Origin: Desulfosoma sp.
GTDB taxonomy: Bacteria > Desulfobacterota > Syntrophobacteria > Syntrophobacterales > DSM-9756
Direction of reading: 5' to 3'
Length of the DNA stretch: 64,000 nt
Assembly (NCBI GenBank): GCA_037481835.1
Contig: JBBFKW010000017.1
Coordinates: forward strand, 1-64,000
Shown: in pieces, positions 26,589 to 39,295 of the stretch
How positions within the stretch are numbered: position 1 is the stretch's first letter
Layout: the number at the start of each line of letters is the position of its first letter
Position numbers and translations under genes: made by a program
Notes under the pieces: generated by a model
Told to the model about the DNA's origin: nothing
Databases searched by the model: none
The model's input: only the letters and a program-made list of their open reading frames with translations

Positions 26589-28184
26589 TTAGATGCTCAG
26601 TGTTTTCATGCGCCTTTCCACAAACAGGTAGTCGAAAATCACCCGCGTCACTACGATGGCCGTAAAAAGACTGGCGACGATGCCGATGCTCAACGTTACG
26701 GCGAAGCCCTTGACCGGCCCCGTGCCGAACTGGAACATGACCAGGGCCGCAATCAGCGTCGTGATGTTGGCATCCAAGATGGTCAATGTCGCCCGGGCGT
26801 ATCCGGCGTCCAGAGCCGCTTTGGGCGTCTTGCCCATGCGCATCTCCTCGCGGATGCGCTCATAGATGAGCACGTTGGCGTCCACGGCCATGCCGATGGT
26901 CAGGATGATGCCCGCGATGCCGGGCAGGGTGAGGGTGGCTTGGAAAGCGGCAAGCCCGGCCATGATGAGGATGACGTTCAGGATGAGCGCCACATCGGCG
27001 ATAACTCCTGAAAAGCGGTAGTAGATGATCATGAAGAGCACCACCGCCACCGATCCGACCACCATGGAAAGGAATCCCTTGCGGATGGAGTCCGCGCCGA
27101 GCGAGGGTCCCACGGTTCGTTCTTCCAGGATCACCACGGGGGCGGGAAGCGCCCCGGCTCGAAGCACGATGGCCAGGTCTCTGGCTTCTTCCATGGTAAA
27201 GGAGCCCGTAATGCTCGCCCTTCCGCCGGAGATTTTCTCCTGGATCACCGGCGCTGAATAGACCACGCCATCCAGCACGATGGCCAGCTGTTTTTTGACG
27301 TTTTCGCCGGTGATGCGTTCGAAAATCCGAGCTCCTTGCGGGTCGAATTCCAAGGCCACGTAGGGGGTGTTGTACTGGGTGTCGATGCGCACGTTGGCGT
27401 TGGTGATGTATTCGCCCGTGAGCAGCGTTCGATCCTTCAAGGCGATTTTACCTTCCACGGTCCTGCCTGTGCTGGGATCGAATCGGCGCATGGGATAGAC
27501 CTTGACACCGGCCGGCAACGAGGCGGGATCGGTGTGGGGATCCACCCCTTCGGCCACCAGCCGAAATTCCAAAACGGCGGTTTTGCCGATAAGATCCAGG
27601 GCGCGCTTGGGATCTTTGATGCCGGGCAGCTGAATGAGGATACGGTTTTCTCCCTGCGGCCGAATGTCGGGTTCACTGACGCCGAACTGGTCAATGCGGT
27701 TGCGGATAGTTTCCAGCGCTTGACTGACAGCCAACTGGCGGATGTGGGCCGCTTCCTTTTCCTTCATGCGGCACACCGCCCGGAACCCGTCCGGCGTCTC
27801 CGCTGCTTCAACCCATTCCACGATGGGAAATTCCTTCTCCAGCACCTCCCGAAGCCGATCCCGGCGGCTCCCGTCAGGAAGTTGGATCACCAGGTGCCCG
27901 GCCTGATTCCGTTCAACGGAGCGAAAGCCGATCTTTTCCTTGCGAAGAAGCTCCTTCACCTCATCAATCAGGCGGTCCAACGTCGTCTTGACCGCTTCGT
28001 CGGCCTGGACTTCCAAGACCAGATGCATGCCGCCCTGGAGGTCCAATCCGAGATGGATCTTATCGTCCGGCAAGGTGCCATGCCACCATGCCGGCAGCGG
28101 CACGTTCAAAGACGGCAACAGGTAAACGACGGATGCAACAAGCACCAAAGCGATAAGGATGGCTCGCCATTTCAGGCCCTTCAA
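26589..28184 (-). CDS. secD: Protein translocase subunit SecD
   Basis: LGLDLQGG, RIDQFGVSEP, LRAGALPAP, GMAVDANVLIYERIREE; TTG start after GGAGGA. Confidence 0.97.
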   Translation of the reverse strand: MKGLKWRAILIALVLVASVVYLLPSLNVPLPAWWHGTLPDDKIHLGLDLQGGMHLVLEVQADEAVKTTLDRLIDEVKELLRKEKIGFRSVERNQAGHLVIQLPDGSRRDRLREVLEKEFPIVEWVEAAETPDGFRAVCRMKEKEAAHIRQLAVSQALETIRNRIDQFGVSEPDIRPQGENRILIQLPGIKDPKRALDLIGKTAVLEFRLVAEGVDPHTDPASLPAGVKVYPMRRFDPSTGRTVEGKIALKDRTLLTGEYITNANVRIDTQYNTPYVALEFDPQGARIFERITGENVKKQLAIVLDGVVYSAPVIQEKISGGRASITGSFTMEEARDLAIVLRAGALPAPVVILEERTVGPSLGADSIRKGFLSMVVGSVAVVLFMIIYYRFSGVIADVALILNVILIMAGLAAFQATLTLPGIAGIILTIGMAVDANVLIYERIREEMRMGKTPKAALDAGYARATLTILDANITTLIAALVMFQFGTGPVKGFAVTLSIGIVASLFTAIVVTRVIFDYLFVERRMKTLSI

Positions 28185-28385
28185 CCCGTATCCTCCCGCA
28201 CTCTGCTCAGTTCCCTGGAAAAAAGCGGGACCAACTTCAGCGCCGATCCCGCCTCCAAAGCGTCTCCCGCCTGGCTCTTGGCCGAGGTCCCAACGACCCC
28301 GAAAGTCATCCGGCACCGGGGCGCCGGTTTTCCGAGGACACGGCGCCCCTCCGGTCGCCCAGCGCTCCCTGGGCCGGAAAGGTCC

Positions 28386-28745
28386 TTAATCCTTTTCTTC
28401 GCCTTCCTCTTTCGCTTCGCCTCGGGACACCAAACCGGCGATGTAGCCCCGCTGCACTTTGACCCGCACCTTATCGGCGATTTCCAGAGTGACCACGGAA
28501 TCGGTAAGCCCCGTAATGCGGCCGTGGATGCCCCCTTGAGTCAGCACCACATCGCCTTTGCGCAGATTCTGAAGCATCATGCGATGCTCTTTTTGGCGTT
28601 TTTGCTGAGGACGAATGAGAAGGAAATAAAAAATCACCACCATCAGGATCAAGGGAAGAAAAGCCGCCAAGCCGCCTCCGGCGCCCTGGCCGCCCCCGCT
28701 CTGCCCGGCCGTTCCCATCGCGTGGGCCATGGTCACCCAGTTCAT
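28386..28745 (-). CDS. yajC: Preprotein translocase subunit YajC
   Basis: FYFLLIRPQQKRQKEH, LRKGDVVLTQGGIHG. Confidence 0.96.
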   Translation of the reverse strand: MNWVTMAHAMGTAGQSGGGQGAGGGLAAFLPLILMVVIFYFLLIRPQQKRQKEHRMMLQNLRKGDVVLTQGGIHGRITGLTDSVVTLEIADKVRVKVQRGYIAGLVSRGEAKEEGEEKD

Positions 28746-28830
28746 CGATTCCTCCGTTTCGGTTTTCCGTTGTGTGGACAAAAATCCCCTTAAGACAATC
28801 GAGCCTTTAAACGATATTTTCCCGCCCTTG

Positions 28831-31021
<2,191 letters not shown>

Positions 31022-31219
31022 TTACCGCACTCCATGCCGCCGCCCCAAAAACACCAGCAAAAGCCCGACGACCATGAGGGCGCCACCGATGAGGCGCAGC
31101 TGCCCGGACGGGAGTCGAAGGATCTCCTCCAGCCAGCGCTTCGTGCGTTCGGGAGAAGCGAAATACGGCAATCCCTCGAGAAAGAAAACGAGGCCAACGG
31201 CCGTGAGGAAGAAATCCAT
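31022..31219 (-). CDS. DUF2065 small membrane protein
   Basis: AVGLVFFLEGLPYFASP...LRLIGGALMVVG. Confidence 0.85.
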   Translation of the reverse strand: MDFFLTAVGLVFFLEGLPYFASPERTKRWLEEILRLPSGQLRLIGGALMVVGLLLVFLGRRHGVR

Positions 31220-31396
31220 ACCCCCATACTCCTCCTGTCGGGTCGAGCGCGCGTTTCAGGGAACATCTTGGCACCACGGCCGGGATCGCCTATCATGTTG
31301 TTTCAGTTCTGTAAAGGGGCTGGGTTTTTATGAAAGTCCGAGGCGCGGGATGGACCTTCCAAAAGGGGGCGTTGATGTCCGCGTGGGGAGGAGTGC

Positions 31397-32527
31397 ATGG
31401 CGTTGAACTGGGTGGAAATTGATTTAGCGGCCTTGCGGCACAATTTCCTTCAGGTGCGAAACCGTGTGGAGCCTCGAGCCGGGATCCTCGCGGTCGTAAA
31501 ATCGGACGCCTACGGCCACGGTATGATTCCCGTGGCTCAAGAATTGGCGGCGGCTGGAGCCGATTTTTTCGGGGTGAGCAAATGCTGGGAAGCCCTTAGA
31601 CTGCGCTCGGCCGGCATCGCCCAGCCCATCCTCATCCTGGCGGGAATCGAACCCGAAGATATTCATCATGTCCTTGAAAAGGACTTCCGCCCCGCCGTCT
31701 ACCGCCTGGATCACTGCCGGATGCTGAATGAGGCGTCCCGCCGCGCGGGAAAGCGTGCCCGGATCCATCTGAAAATCGACACGGGCATGGGCCGCCTGGG
31801 AATTCCGGACCGGGAATTGGCACCGTTCCTCGACCAACTGGCCGGGCTCCGAGACCTGGAAATCGAGGGCGTCTTTTCCCACCTGGCCACATCCGACGAA
31901 TCGGACAAGACCTTCAGCCACGAACAGCTCCAACGGTTCCGAACGGTGCTCCAAATGTTTCACGACCGAGCCATCCCCTTCCGGTATGCGCACATCGCCA
32001 ACAGCGGCGGCGTCTTGGATATCCCGGAAGCCCACCACCAGCTGGTCCGCCCCGGCATCATGCTCTACGGCTCTTCACCTTCCGACGAAATCCGCGATCC
32101 GGCTCCCCTGCGGCCCGTCATGGCCTTCAAAACAAAGATCCTCCAGATCAAACGGGTCCCGGCGGGCCAAAGCATCGGCTACGGAAGGACCTTCGTCTGC
32201 CCCCGGCAGATGCGCATCGCCACCGTCGCCGCCGGCTACGACGACGGCTATCCCCGGGTGCTTTCCAATCGGGGTGAGGCTTTGGTGCGCGGCGCTCGCG
32301 CCCCCATCGTCGGGCGGGTTTCCATGAACCTCATCACCCTCGATGTGACCCATATTCCCGAAGCCGCCGAAGACGACGAGGTCGTCCTCCTGGGCGCTCA
32401 AGGATCCGAAAGAATCACGGCCGAAGAAATCGCCCAGAAGGCCGGAACCATCAGCTATGAAATCTATTGCGCCGTCGGGAAGAATCCTCAGCGCCTTTTC
32501 CGCAACCGGACCAACGGGCTTGCGTGA
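31397..32527 (+). CDS. alr: Alanine racemase
   Basis: AVVKSDAYGHG, HLKIDTGMGRLG, VRPGIMLYG, GYDDGY, ISYEI. Confidence 0.97.
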   Translation: MALNWVEIDLAALRHNFLQVRNRVEPRAGILAVVKSDAYGHGMIPVAQELAAAGADFFGVSKCWEALRLRSAGIAQPILILAGIEPEDIHHVLEKDFRPAVYRLDHCRMLNEASRRAGKRARIHLKIDTGMGRLGIPDRELAPFLDQLAGLRDLEIEGVFSHLATSDESDKTFSHEQLQRFRTVLQMFHDRAIPFRYAHIANSGGVLDIPEAHHQLVRPGIMLYGSSPSDEIRDPAPLRPVMAFKTKILQIKRVPAGQSIGYGRTFVCPRQMRIATVAAGYDDGYPRVLSNRGEALVRGARAPIVGRVSMNLITLDVTHIPEAAEDDEVVLLGAQGSERITAEEIAQKAGTISYEIYCAVGKNPQRLFRNRTNGLA

Positions 32528-32601
32528 GCCGGCACGGCGCATTATAAAGGCACGCTTTACAGAGGATTCGCCATGTTTTTCCGTTGAGGAGGACAACCGT
32601 C

Positions 32602-34275
32602 ATGAGTCTCGTTCGATCCCGACTGCACGCCATGATTCATCGGGCGGCACGATCGCTCTTGCAGGATCAGGGCATTGGCAACGAAGAAGACCTTGTGCTG
32701 GAACTGGAAATCCCCAAGATCGCCGACCACGGCGATTATGCCACCAACGCCGCCATGACCCTCACCCGGCTTCTTCGCAAAAACCCCAGAACCATCGCCC
32801 AGGATCTCGTCGAACGCATGGACGGCCGGGACGATCTTTTGACAAAAATGGAGATCGCCGGGCCCGGCTTCATCAATTTCTTCGTGCGCCCCGAACTCTG
32901 GAGCGATATCCTGCGCACCATCCATGCCGAAAAGGACATTTTCGGCCGACAGGATTTCGGGAAAGGCACACGGGTCCAGGTGGAGTTTGTGAGCGCCAAC
33001 CCCACGGGCCCGCTCCACATCGGCCACGGTCGAGGGGCCGCCGTCGGGGACGTGCTCGCCAACATCCTGAAAACCTGCGGCTACACGGTCGATAAGGAAT
33101 ACTACATCAACGACACCGGAAAACAGATGGACACCCTGGGCCGCAGCCTCTACCTGCGCTATTTGGAATGCCTGGGTCGGGTTGTGAATTTTCCCGACGA
33201 CCATTACAAGGGCGACTACATGAAGGATTTGGCCCGGGAGGTTGTGGAGCGCTTCGGGGACCGATACCTGGACGTTGCCGAAGAGGAGGCTCTCCCCTTT
33301 TTCACGAAGTATGCGGGGGATCGCATTCTGGAAGGCATCCGGGAAGATCTGGAAGTTTTCGGGGTCAAACACGACATTTGGTTCAGCGAACGGACGCTCC
33401 ACGAAGACGGCGCGCTCATGAGAACCATCGAAGCGTTGGAACAAAGCGGAATGATCTACGAACAGGACGGGGCCAAGTGGTTTCGCAGCACGGCCTACGG
33501 GGACGAAAAGGACCGCGTGGTGGTGCGGGCCAACGGTGTAACGACCTATTTCGCCGCGGATCTGGCCTATCACAAGAATAAATATGAACGGCACTACGAT
33601 CTGGTCATCGACATCTGGGGGGCGGACCATCACGGCTATGTGCCGCGAATGCTGGCGGGCGTTCAGGCTCTGGGCCGTCGTGCGACGGATCTGCGCATCA
33701 TCCTCGTGCAGCTCGTGAACCTGCTGCGCGGAGGAAAGCCTGTGGCCATGTCCACGCGAGCCGGCGAGTTCGTCACGCTGCGGGAAGTGGTGGACGAGGT
33801 GGGAAAAGACGCCGCCCGATTCATCTTCCTCACCCGCCGCTCCGACAGTCCCCTGGATTTCGACCTGGAAACGGCCAAAAAACACAGCAACGACAACCCC
33901 GTCTATTACGTCCAGTATGCCCATGCGCGGCTGTGCAGTGTCTTCGAAGTGGCCAAAGAGCGCGGCGTGCCCACATCATGGGACGTGCCCCCGAACTTAA
34001 GCCGGCTCACCGAACCCGCCGAATGGGACCTCATGAAGCAGCTGGGGGAATTCCCTTACGTTTTGGAAACCGCGGCCCGCAATCTGGAGCCGCATCGGGT
34101 TCCCTACTACCTGACGGATCTGGTTTCGGCTTTTCACAGCTATTACAACCATAACCGGATCTTGAGCGAGGATGCGGAACTGACCCAGGCTCGCCTTTAC
34201 CTCGCCGACGCCCTGAGAACGGTCATCCGAAACGGGCTCGCCGTGCTCGGGGTTTCGGCGCCGCAAAAAATGTGA
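32602..34275 (+). CDS. argS: Arginine--tRNA ligase
   Basis: VEFVSANPTGPLHIGHGRGA, WGADHHGY, MSTRAG, YYVQYAHAR. Confidence 0.98.
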   Translation: MSLVRSRLHAMIHRAARSLLQDQGIGNEEDLVLELEIPKIADHGDYATNAAMTLTRLLRKNPRTIAQDLVERMDGRDDLLTKMEIAGPGFINFFVRPELWSDILRTIHAEKDIFGRQDFGKGTRVQVEFVSANPTGPLHIGHGRGAAVGDVLANILKTCGYTVDKEYYINDTGKQMDTLGRSLYLRYLECLGRVVNFPDDHYKGDYMKDLAREVVERFGDRYLDVAEEEALPFFTKYAGDRILEGIREDLEVFGVKHDIWFSERTLHEDGALMRTIEALEQSGMIYEQDGAKWFRSTAYGDEKDRVVVRANGVTTYFAADLAYHKNKYERHYDLVIDIWGADHHGYVPRMLAGVQALGRRATDLRIILVQLVNLLRGGKPVAMSTRAGEFVTLREVVDEVGKDAARFIFLTRRSDSPLDFDLETAKKHSNDNPVYYVQYAHARLCSVFEVAKERGVPTSWDVPPNLSRLTEPAEWDLMKQLGEFPYVLETAARNLEPHRVPYYLTDLVSAFHSYYNHNRILSEDAELTQARLYLADALRTVIRNGLAVLGVSAPQKM

Positions 34276-34326
34276 CGGGGCGAAAGGAGCGCGCATTAGG
34301 GCGCCGCATGTCGAGGAGTGCCGATC

Positions 34327-35079
34327 ATGAGCCGCCTCAAGGATCGCATCCATCAATACGAGGAAGAAAACGAACCCCGCCGCATACGGGTGCAGTTGAC
34401 CGGGGTGCAGGCCTTTGTGTGCGTCCTTGTTTTCTTCTTTTCTTTGACGTGCGTGTTCGTGGCCGGCGTTTTGACGGGTCGCGGCGTTTCGAGGGAAGCT
34501 CGGGAATCCACCACGGTCCAGGGCGCGCTGTACCGCCTTTTGGGGCTGCGCCCGGCAGTGGAAGAACCCGTGGACAACGCCTCCGAAACCTGGATCCCTG
34601 CAGAAAAGATTTTGGCCACCTTGGAATCGGAAAAGGAACTCGCGACGGTCCAGAAACCGGGGTCGTCCAAGACTGCGCCGACGGCCCTTCCGGCTTCCCC
34701 GGCCGGAAAACCCCCGGCTCCTTCTCCGAGTTCCGAAACCCCGAACTTCGCGGAACAACCCCCGCCCCTTTCGGGGCAGGAAGAGCCGCCGGAGACGGCC
34801 CTGCCCACACCGCCCGCTTCCGGATCCTATGCTTTGATGGTGGCTTCCATGCGCCGCCAGGAAAACGCCGTCGCCCTCCTGGACCGCCTCAAGAAAAAAG
34901 GCCATAAGGCGGCCATGGAACGGATCGCCGTCAGCGACCAGGACGTGTGGTATCGCGTGATCCTCGGCGGGTTCGACACCCGGCAAAAAGCCCTGGAATA
35001 CGCCGCCCGCCTCAATAAGGAAGAAAAACTCGAAGCCATCGTCATCCGCCGGGAGTCCTCCGGCACCACGGACAACTAG
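34327..35079 (+). CDS. SPOR-domain membrane-anchored protein (FtsN-like)
   Basis: Single TM, Pro-rich linker, C-terminal YALMVASMR...WYRVILGGF; follows argS. Confidence 0.85.
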   Translation: MSRLKDRIHQYEEENEPRRIRVQLTGVQAFVCVLVFFFSLTCVFVAGVLTGRGVSREARESTTVQGALYRLLGLRPAVEEPVDNASETWIPAEKILATLESEKELATVQKPGSSKTAPTALPASPAGKPPAPSPSSETPNFAEQPPPLSGQEEPPETALPTPPASGSYALMVASMRRQENAVALLDRLKKKGHKAAMERIAVSDQDVWYRVILGGFDTRQKALEYAARLNKEEKLEAIVIRRESSGTTDN

Positions 35080-35122
35080 GAGCTTATCCGATAAGGGTAA
35101 ATTCCCATGGGCCGACCTCTTC

Positions 35123-35193
35123 CGTCATCCCCGCGAAAGCAGGGATCCAGAATTGTCAGCACCTTGTGGACCCCCGCTTGCGCGAAAGTGACG
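35123..35193. repeat. CGTC-type REP doublet
   Basis: CGTCATCCCCGCGAAAGCAGGGATCCAG ... TGGACCCCCGCTTGCGCGAAAGTGACG. Confidence 0.65.
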
Positions 35194-35275
35194 GTTTGAC
35201 GGGGTCTCGAGCAGGCGGGTCTCGAGTTCCCCCCTTGTCGTGACAGCGCGACACGTGAGCGCGCACGCCATTTGT

Positions 35276-35429
35276 GTTGGGGTTCGCTGCGCTCACCCCA
35301 ACCTACAGCCAGCCAACGTCCTTGAATAAACTCGTAGGTTGGGGTGAGCGAAGCGAACCCCAACCCACATTCGCTGGCCAACGTCCTTGAATAAACTCGT
35401 AGGTTGGGGTGAGCGAAGCGAACCCCAAC
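35276..35429. repeat. BIME-like cluster of three GTAG REPs (GTAGGTTGGGGTGAGCGAAGCGAACCCCAAC)
   Basis: Inverted copy 35276-35306; 53-bp identical direct repeats 35312-35364 and 35377-35429; same REP at 2811 and 63611. Confidence 0.85.
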
Positions 35430-35630
35430 ACAGACCTGGATCCGGCGAGACAACGAAGAATTAAAATTATGTAATTCCGGTCTGTTACAGAGACTCTCTT
35501 ATAAAACCCCCATCACGGGCAGCCCGTGACAACGAAGGATGGAACTCTTGTAGTTCGGGTATCTTACATAGACTCTCATATAAAAGCGGCCGATTGGCCG
35601 CTGTCCCACACGCTTAAAACCCCACGCCTT

Positions 35631-36767
35631 TCAGCGGATGAGCCGCCCCCCTTCCTCCGGGGGCGGCCCTCCGTATCGGCCGAGAATGGAATGGGCCGTG
35701 CGGGTTTCTTCTTCCCCGTAAAACTTGATGTAGTGCTGCACCGAGGTGGTTTCAAAGCCGCGGTACGTCTTGTGTTCCCCCCCGAAGCCCGGGTCGAGGA
35801 CCTGGATCCCCTGGGCGATGGCATAGCGGATGGGCTGGTAATAACAGACGGCGAAGTGGAGAAAGGGGACCTGATCGTAGCTTCCCCAGTAGCGGCCGTA
35901 GAGGTGATCCCCTTTGCGATAAAAGAGGGCCAGAGCCAAAAGATCGCGACCTCGGTGAGCGACTGAAAAAAGGATCCGGTGCCGAAACAGGCGCCCCAGC
36001 GTGCGGAAAAACTCCCTGTTGAGAAACGGGCGCACCTCGTCGCCCATGTACTTTTTCCAGGTCAGGCCATACAGGTCGTATATGACGTCGTAATAATCTT
36101 CCGGGGCGTCTTCTCCGGCTACCATCGCCAAACGAATGCCTTCCGCTTCGATGTCTCGCATTTCCCGGCGAATCTTGTGCCGCCGCGGGGATCGAAAATC
36201 CTGGAGGAAATCGTCGAAAGCCCTGTAGCCTTTGTTGCGCCACAGACAATAATCGCTTCGCAGGCCGACGAACCCTTTGAGCAGCAAGGCTTCGTGGAGG
36301 CCCGGGGCGGGATCGCAAAAGAAGTAGATCCGACACGTGGCAAACCCGCGAGTCTCGCACACGAAGTCCACGTATTCCCCGACAATGCTATAGACTTTCA
36401 CGGGATCGTGTTCGGAACCGTACAGGAACTGGTAGGCCGGCACCGGCGTCAAGGGCACCGTGGCCATGAGTCCCACGTAGTAGGGATAGCCGGTCAGTTC
36501 CCCGAGGAAGCGCAACAAGCCGCCGTCGCCGAATTCCACCCACGGGCGCACCCGTTCGTAAAGCGGCGCGATGGCCATGATCTTTCCGTCTTCATAGGCC
36601 AGAATGTGACGCGGCACAAAGCCCCGTTCCGGGGTCAGCACGCCGGAACGTTCCAGGCAATACAGGTATTCCCACTCCATCATGGGAGCGGCGTTTCGAC
36701 TCAGGCGGTTCCACACGGCCGGATCCACCCTCTCGACACCGGAAACCATTTCAAAGCGCACAGCCAT
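35631..36767 (-). CDS. GNAT/FemAB-like (DUF482) acyltransferase
   Basis: RRHKIRRE, LYGRYWG, FLHFAVCYYQPI, GGEHK..RGF. Confidence 0.85.
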   Translation of the reverse strand: MAVRFEMVSGVERVDPAVWNRLSRNAAPMMEWEYLYCLERSGVLTPERGFVPRHILAYEDGKIMAIAPLYERVRPWVEFGDGGLLRFLGELTGYPYYVGLMATVPLTPVPAYQFLYGSEHDPVKVYSIVGEYVDFVCETRGFATCRIYFFCDPAPGLHEALLLKGFVGLRSDYCLWRNKGYRAFDDFLQDFRSPRRHKIRREMRDIEAEGIRLAMVAGEDAPEDYYDVIYDLYGLTWKKYMGDEVRPFLNREFFRTLGRLFRHRILFSVAHRGRDLLALALFYRKGDHLYGRYWGSYDQVPFLHFAVCYYQPIRYAIAQGIQVLDPGFGGEHKTYRGFETTSVQHYIKFYGEEETRTAHSILGRYGGPPPEEGGRLIR

Positions 36768-36935
36768 CGCTCCAAGCCCCTCCGTGTCGGCCCTTATGGT
36801 GCGCCGATCCTATTCCAGGAGCCTGCTCAGGTCAACGGACAGGAAGGTTCTTTGCGAAGCGGCCAAAAGATTGTATGGTGCGTCCCGGCCTGTTTCGGCT
36901 CATGAAAAAGACCGTGCCCACAAGGAGCAACCCCG

Positions 36936-38318
36936 ATGAGTCTGACGGACATCTTCCAAAAGATCGATTCCAACCACGACCGCTACGTGAGGGAACTCAA
37001 GGAACTCCTGGCGATCCCCAGCGTCAGCACGTACTCCCACCAGCGGGGTGACGTGCGCCGTGCCGCCGAATGGGTGCTCAACCACTGCAAAAGAATCGGC
37101 CTCGAAGCCCGTCTCCACGACACCGGAGGCCACCCCGTGGTGCTCGCATCCCGGTGCCCCCACCCGGGCCGTCCCACCCTGCTCATCTACGGCCATTACG
37201 ACGTGCAGCCTGCGGAACCGGAGGAAGAATGGAACACGGCGCCTTTCAAGCCCACCGTGCGCGACGGGTTCCTCTACGCCCGAGGCGCCAGCGACGATAA
37301 AGGGCAGTTTTTCACTTATCTCAAAGCCCTCGAGGTCATCCTGGCGGTCAAAGGGGATCTTCCCATCAATGTGAAGATCCTCGTGGAAGGGGAAGAAGAA
37401 ATCGGCAGCCCCCATCTGGGCGCGTTTCTGGAAAAGAACCGCGAGGAGCTGCGCGCCGACGCCATCGCCATTTCCGACGGCTCCCAGTTTTCCGAAGACA
37501 TCCCGGCCATCACCTACGGCCTTCGCGGCCTTTCTTACGTCCAGCTCAACGTTCAGGGGCCTCGAACGGATCTCCACTCCGGATCTTTCGGCGGCATCGC
37601 CCCCAATCCCGTCAACGGCCTGGTGTCCATCTTGGCTCAATTGAAAAATCCCGACGGAACGGTCGCCGTGCCCGGGTTCTACGACACCGTGGCGCCCTTG
37701 GAACCCTGGGAGCGGGAGGCCATGAAGGCTTTGCCCTTTGACGAAGAAAGGCTCAAAGCCTATCTCGGTCTGGAAAGCCTCTGCGAAGAACCGGGATACA
37801 GCGCTCTGGAATCCAAAACGGCGCGGCCGACCCTAGACATCAACGGCATCTCGGGCGGGTTTTCGGGAGAAGGCGCCAAGACGGTCATTCCGGCCAAGGC
37901 GGGGGCCAAGGTGAGCATGCGGCTGGTGCCCAATCAGAAGCCTCAAGAAATCGCCGCCCTTTTTACCCGCTACGTCATGGAACTCTGCCCCCGCGAAGTG
38001 CGCCTCCAGGTGGAAGCCCTCCACGGCGCCGAACCCGTGCTCGTCTCCCGCGATCTGCCTCAGATGCAGGCGGCCGTTCGCGCGATCCGGGCGGGCTTCG
38101 GGGTCGCCCCCGTTTTCATCCGCGAAGGGGGATCCATTCCCATCGTCAATCTGTTCAAGGAAATTCTCGGCTTGGAGGCGATTCTCTTGCTGGGCTGGGG
38201 ACGCCCTGACGACGGCGCTCACGCCCCCAATGAACGATTTTCTCTCGAGGACTTCAAAAAGGGAATCCGTTCCGCCGCCGCCCTATTCTTCGAATTGCAC
38301 GCGTGCTGCTGCCCTTGA
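36936..38318 (+). CDS. M20 family dipeptidase (ArgE/DapE-like)
   Basis: YGHYDVQP, ARGASDDKGQ, EGEEEIGS, DLHSG, HAPNE. Confidence 0.92.
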   Translation: MSLTDIFQKIDSNHDRYVRELKELLAIPSVSTYSHQRGDVRRAAEWVLNHCKRIGLEARLHDTGGHPVVLASRCPHPGRPTLLIYGHYDVQPAEPEEEWNTAPFKPTVRDGFLYARGASDDKGQFFTYLKALEVILAVKGDLPINVKILVEGEEEIGSPHLGAFLEKNREELRADAIAISDGSQFSEDIPAITYGLRGLSYVQLNVQGPRTDLHSGSFGGIAPNPVNGLVSILAQLKNPDGTVAVPGFYDTVAPLEPWEREAMKALPFDEERLKAYLGLESLCEEPGYSALESKTARPTLDINGISGGFSGEGAKTVIPAKAGAKVSMRLVPNQKPQEIAALFTRYVMELCPREVRLQVEALHGAEPVLVSRDLPQMQAAVRAIRAGFGVAPVFIREGGSIPIVNLFKEILGLEAILLLGWGRPDDGAHAPNERFSLEDFKKGIRSAAALFFELHACCCP

Positions 38319-38321
38319 GGG

Positions 38322-38615
38322 CTAGTGGCGGTCGCCGTCGTGGAGCACCAGGGGTTTTTGATCGCCGTAGGCGACGCGGATTTCTTCCAGGAGCTGGTTC
38401 GTCGCCTGCTCGATGCGCGTGACGTCCTGCTCGCTGACGTTTTCGTCCGACACGTGCCTGAGCGATTCCTTGAGGCGAAGGAACTGCTTGATGACTTCCG
38501 GGCGGATTTTCCCTTCTCCCAAGTGGTTATTCAACTCAAGGATGGTATTGACACAGCTTTCCACCCGCGCTCGAAAATGTTTCGAGCGCTGGGAATCCCC
38601 CCCACGACGGAACAT
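38322..38615 (-). CDS. Hypothetical protein (97 aa, helical)
   Basis: Fits between neighbours, co-oriented with the hisS-hisD operon; no motif recognised. Confidence 0.65.
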   Translation of the reverse strand: MFRRGGDSQRSKHFRARVESCVNTILELNNHLGEGKIRPEVIKQFLRLKESLRHVSDENVSEQDVTRIEQATNQLLEEIRVAYGDQKPLVLHDGDRH

Positions 38616-38635
38616 CCGAGTCCAGGATTTGCGGA

Positions 38636-39295
38636 TCAGAGCTGCCCCCTTTCTTCCAAGGCTTCCTTAAAGAGACGATAAAAGCTGCGCGCGCTCTTGA
38701 GTTCCCTGTGCAATACCGGCTGCATTTTCACCAAGTCATCCGTGTGGATGACCAGATCCACCTCTTTTCGAAAAGCGGCCAAAGAATCCATGGTGCGCTC
38801 TCGAGGGCTCACGAGGCAGGTGAAAAGGGTGCGTCGTTGCGTCATGGGCAGGGCCTTCAGGAAATCGACGAGGACATGGCGGCGGTCCTTGTCGTCGAGA
38901 GGTTCTCCCATCACGAGCACCTCGTAGGCCCCCTGGCGCAGCCTTCGCACCGCGCGATCAGGATCGTCTTCCACGTAGGGCTGAAAGCCCATTTCTTTAA
39001 GTTCTCGGACGACGGTGGCCTGATGCCCGGCGTCGGCAAGACAGACAAGCGCCGCTCTCACCCCGCCTTCCAGGACGTCCAGGAAGGTCTCGTCATCGTC
39101 CGCGCTCCTTTCCGCCGTGAGCACCTCATCGAGCGGCGGCGGGGCCGAGTCAGCCTCTTCCGGTGCGGCTGTGCGCACCACAATCGCATGGCGGCATCGG
39201 GGGCACTGGACGCGGAAGGACTTGACCTGAGGGATCTTTTCATCGGGCAGGTTGAGGGACGCTCGGCATTGTTCGCACGTAATCTTCACGGGCAT
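38636..39295 (-). CDS. Zinc-ribbon (MJ0042-type) protein with C-terminal receiver-like domain
   Basis: ITCEQC...VQCPRC; then ALVCLAD...YEVLVMGE; AAAGGA RBS. Confidence 0.8.
   Translation of the reverse strand: MPVKITCEQCRASLNLPDEKIPQVKSFRVQCPRCRHAIVVRTAAPEEADSAPPPLDEVLTAERSADDDETFLDVLEGGVRAALVCLADAGHQATVVRELKEMGFQPYVEDDPDRAVRRLRQGAYEVLVMGEPLDDKDRRHVLVDFLKALPMTQRRTLFTCLVSPRERTMDSLAAFRKEVDLVIHTDDLVKMQPVLHRELKSARSFYRLFKEALEERGQL

Noticed and set aside
35276..35429. Possible mini-CRISPR array
   Set aside because: Units are palindromic REPs, one is inverted, the intervening sequences are short or themselves repeated, copies are dispersed elsewhere, and there are no cas genes
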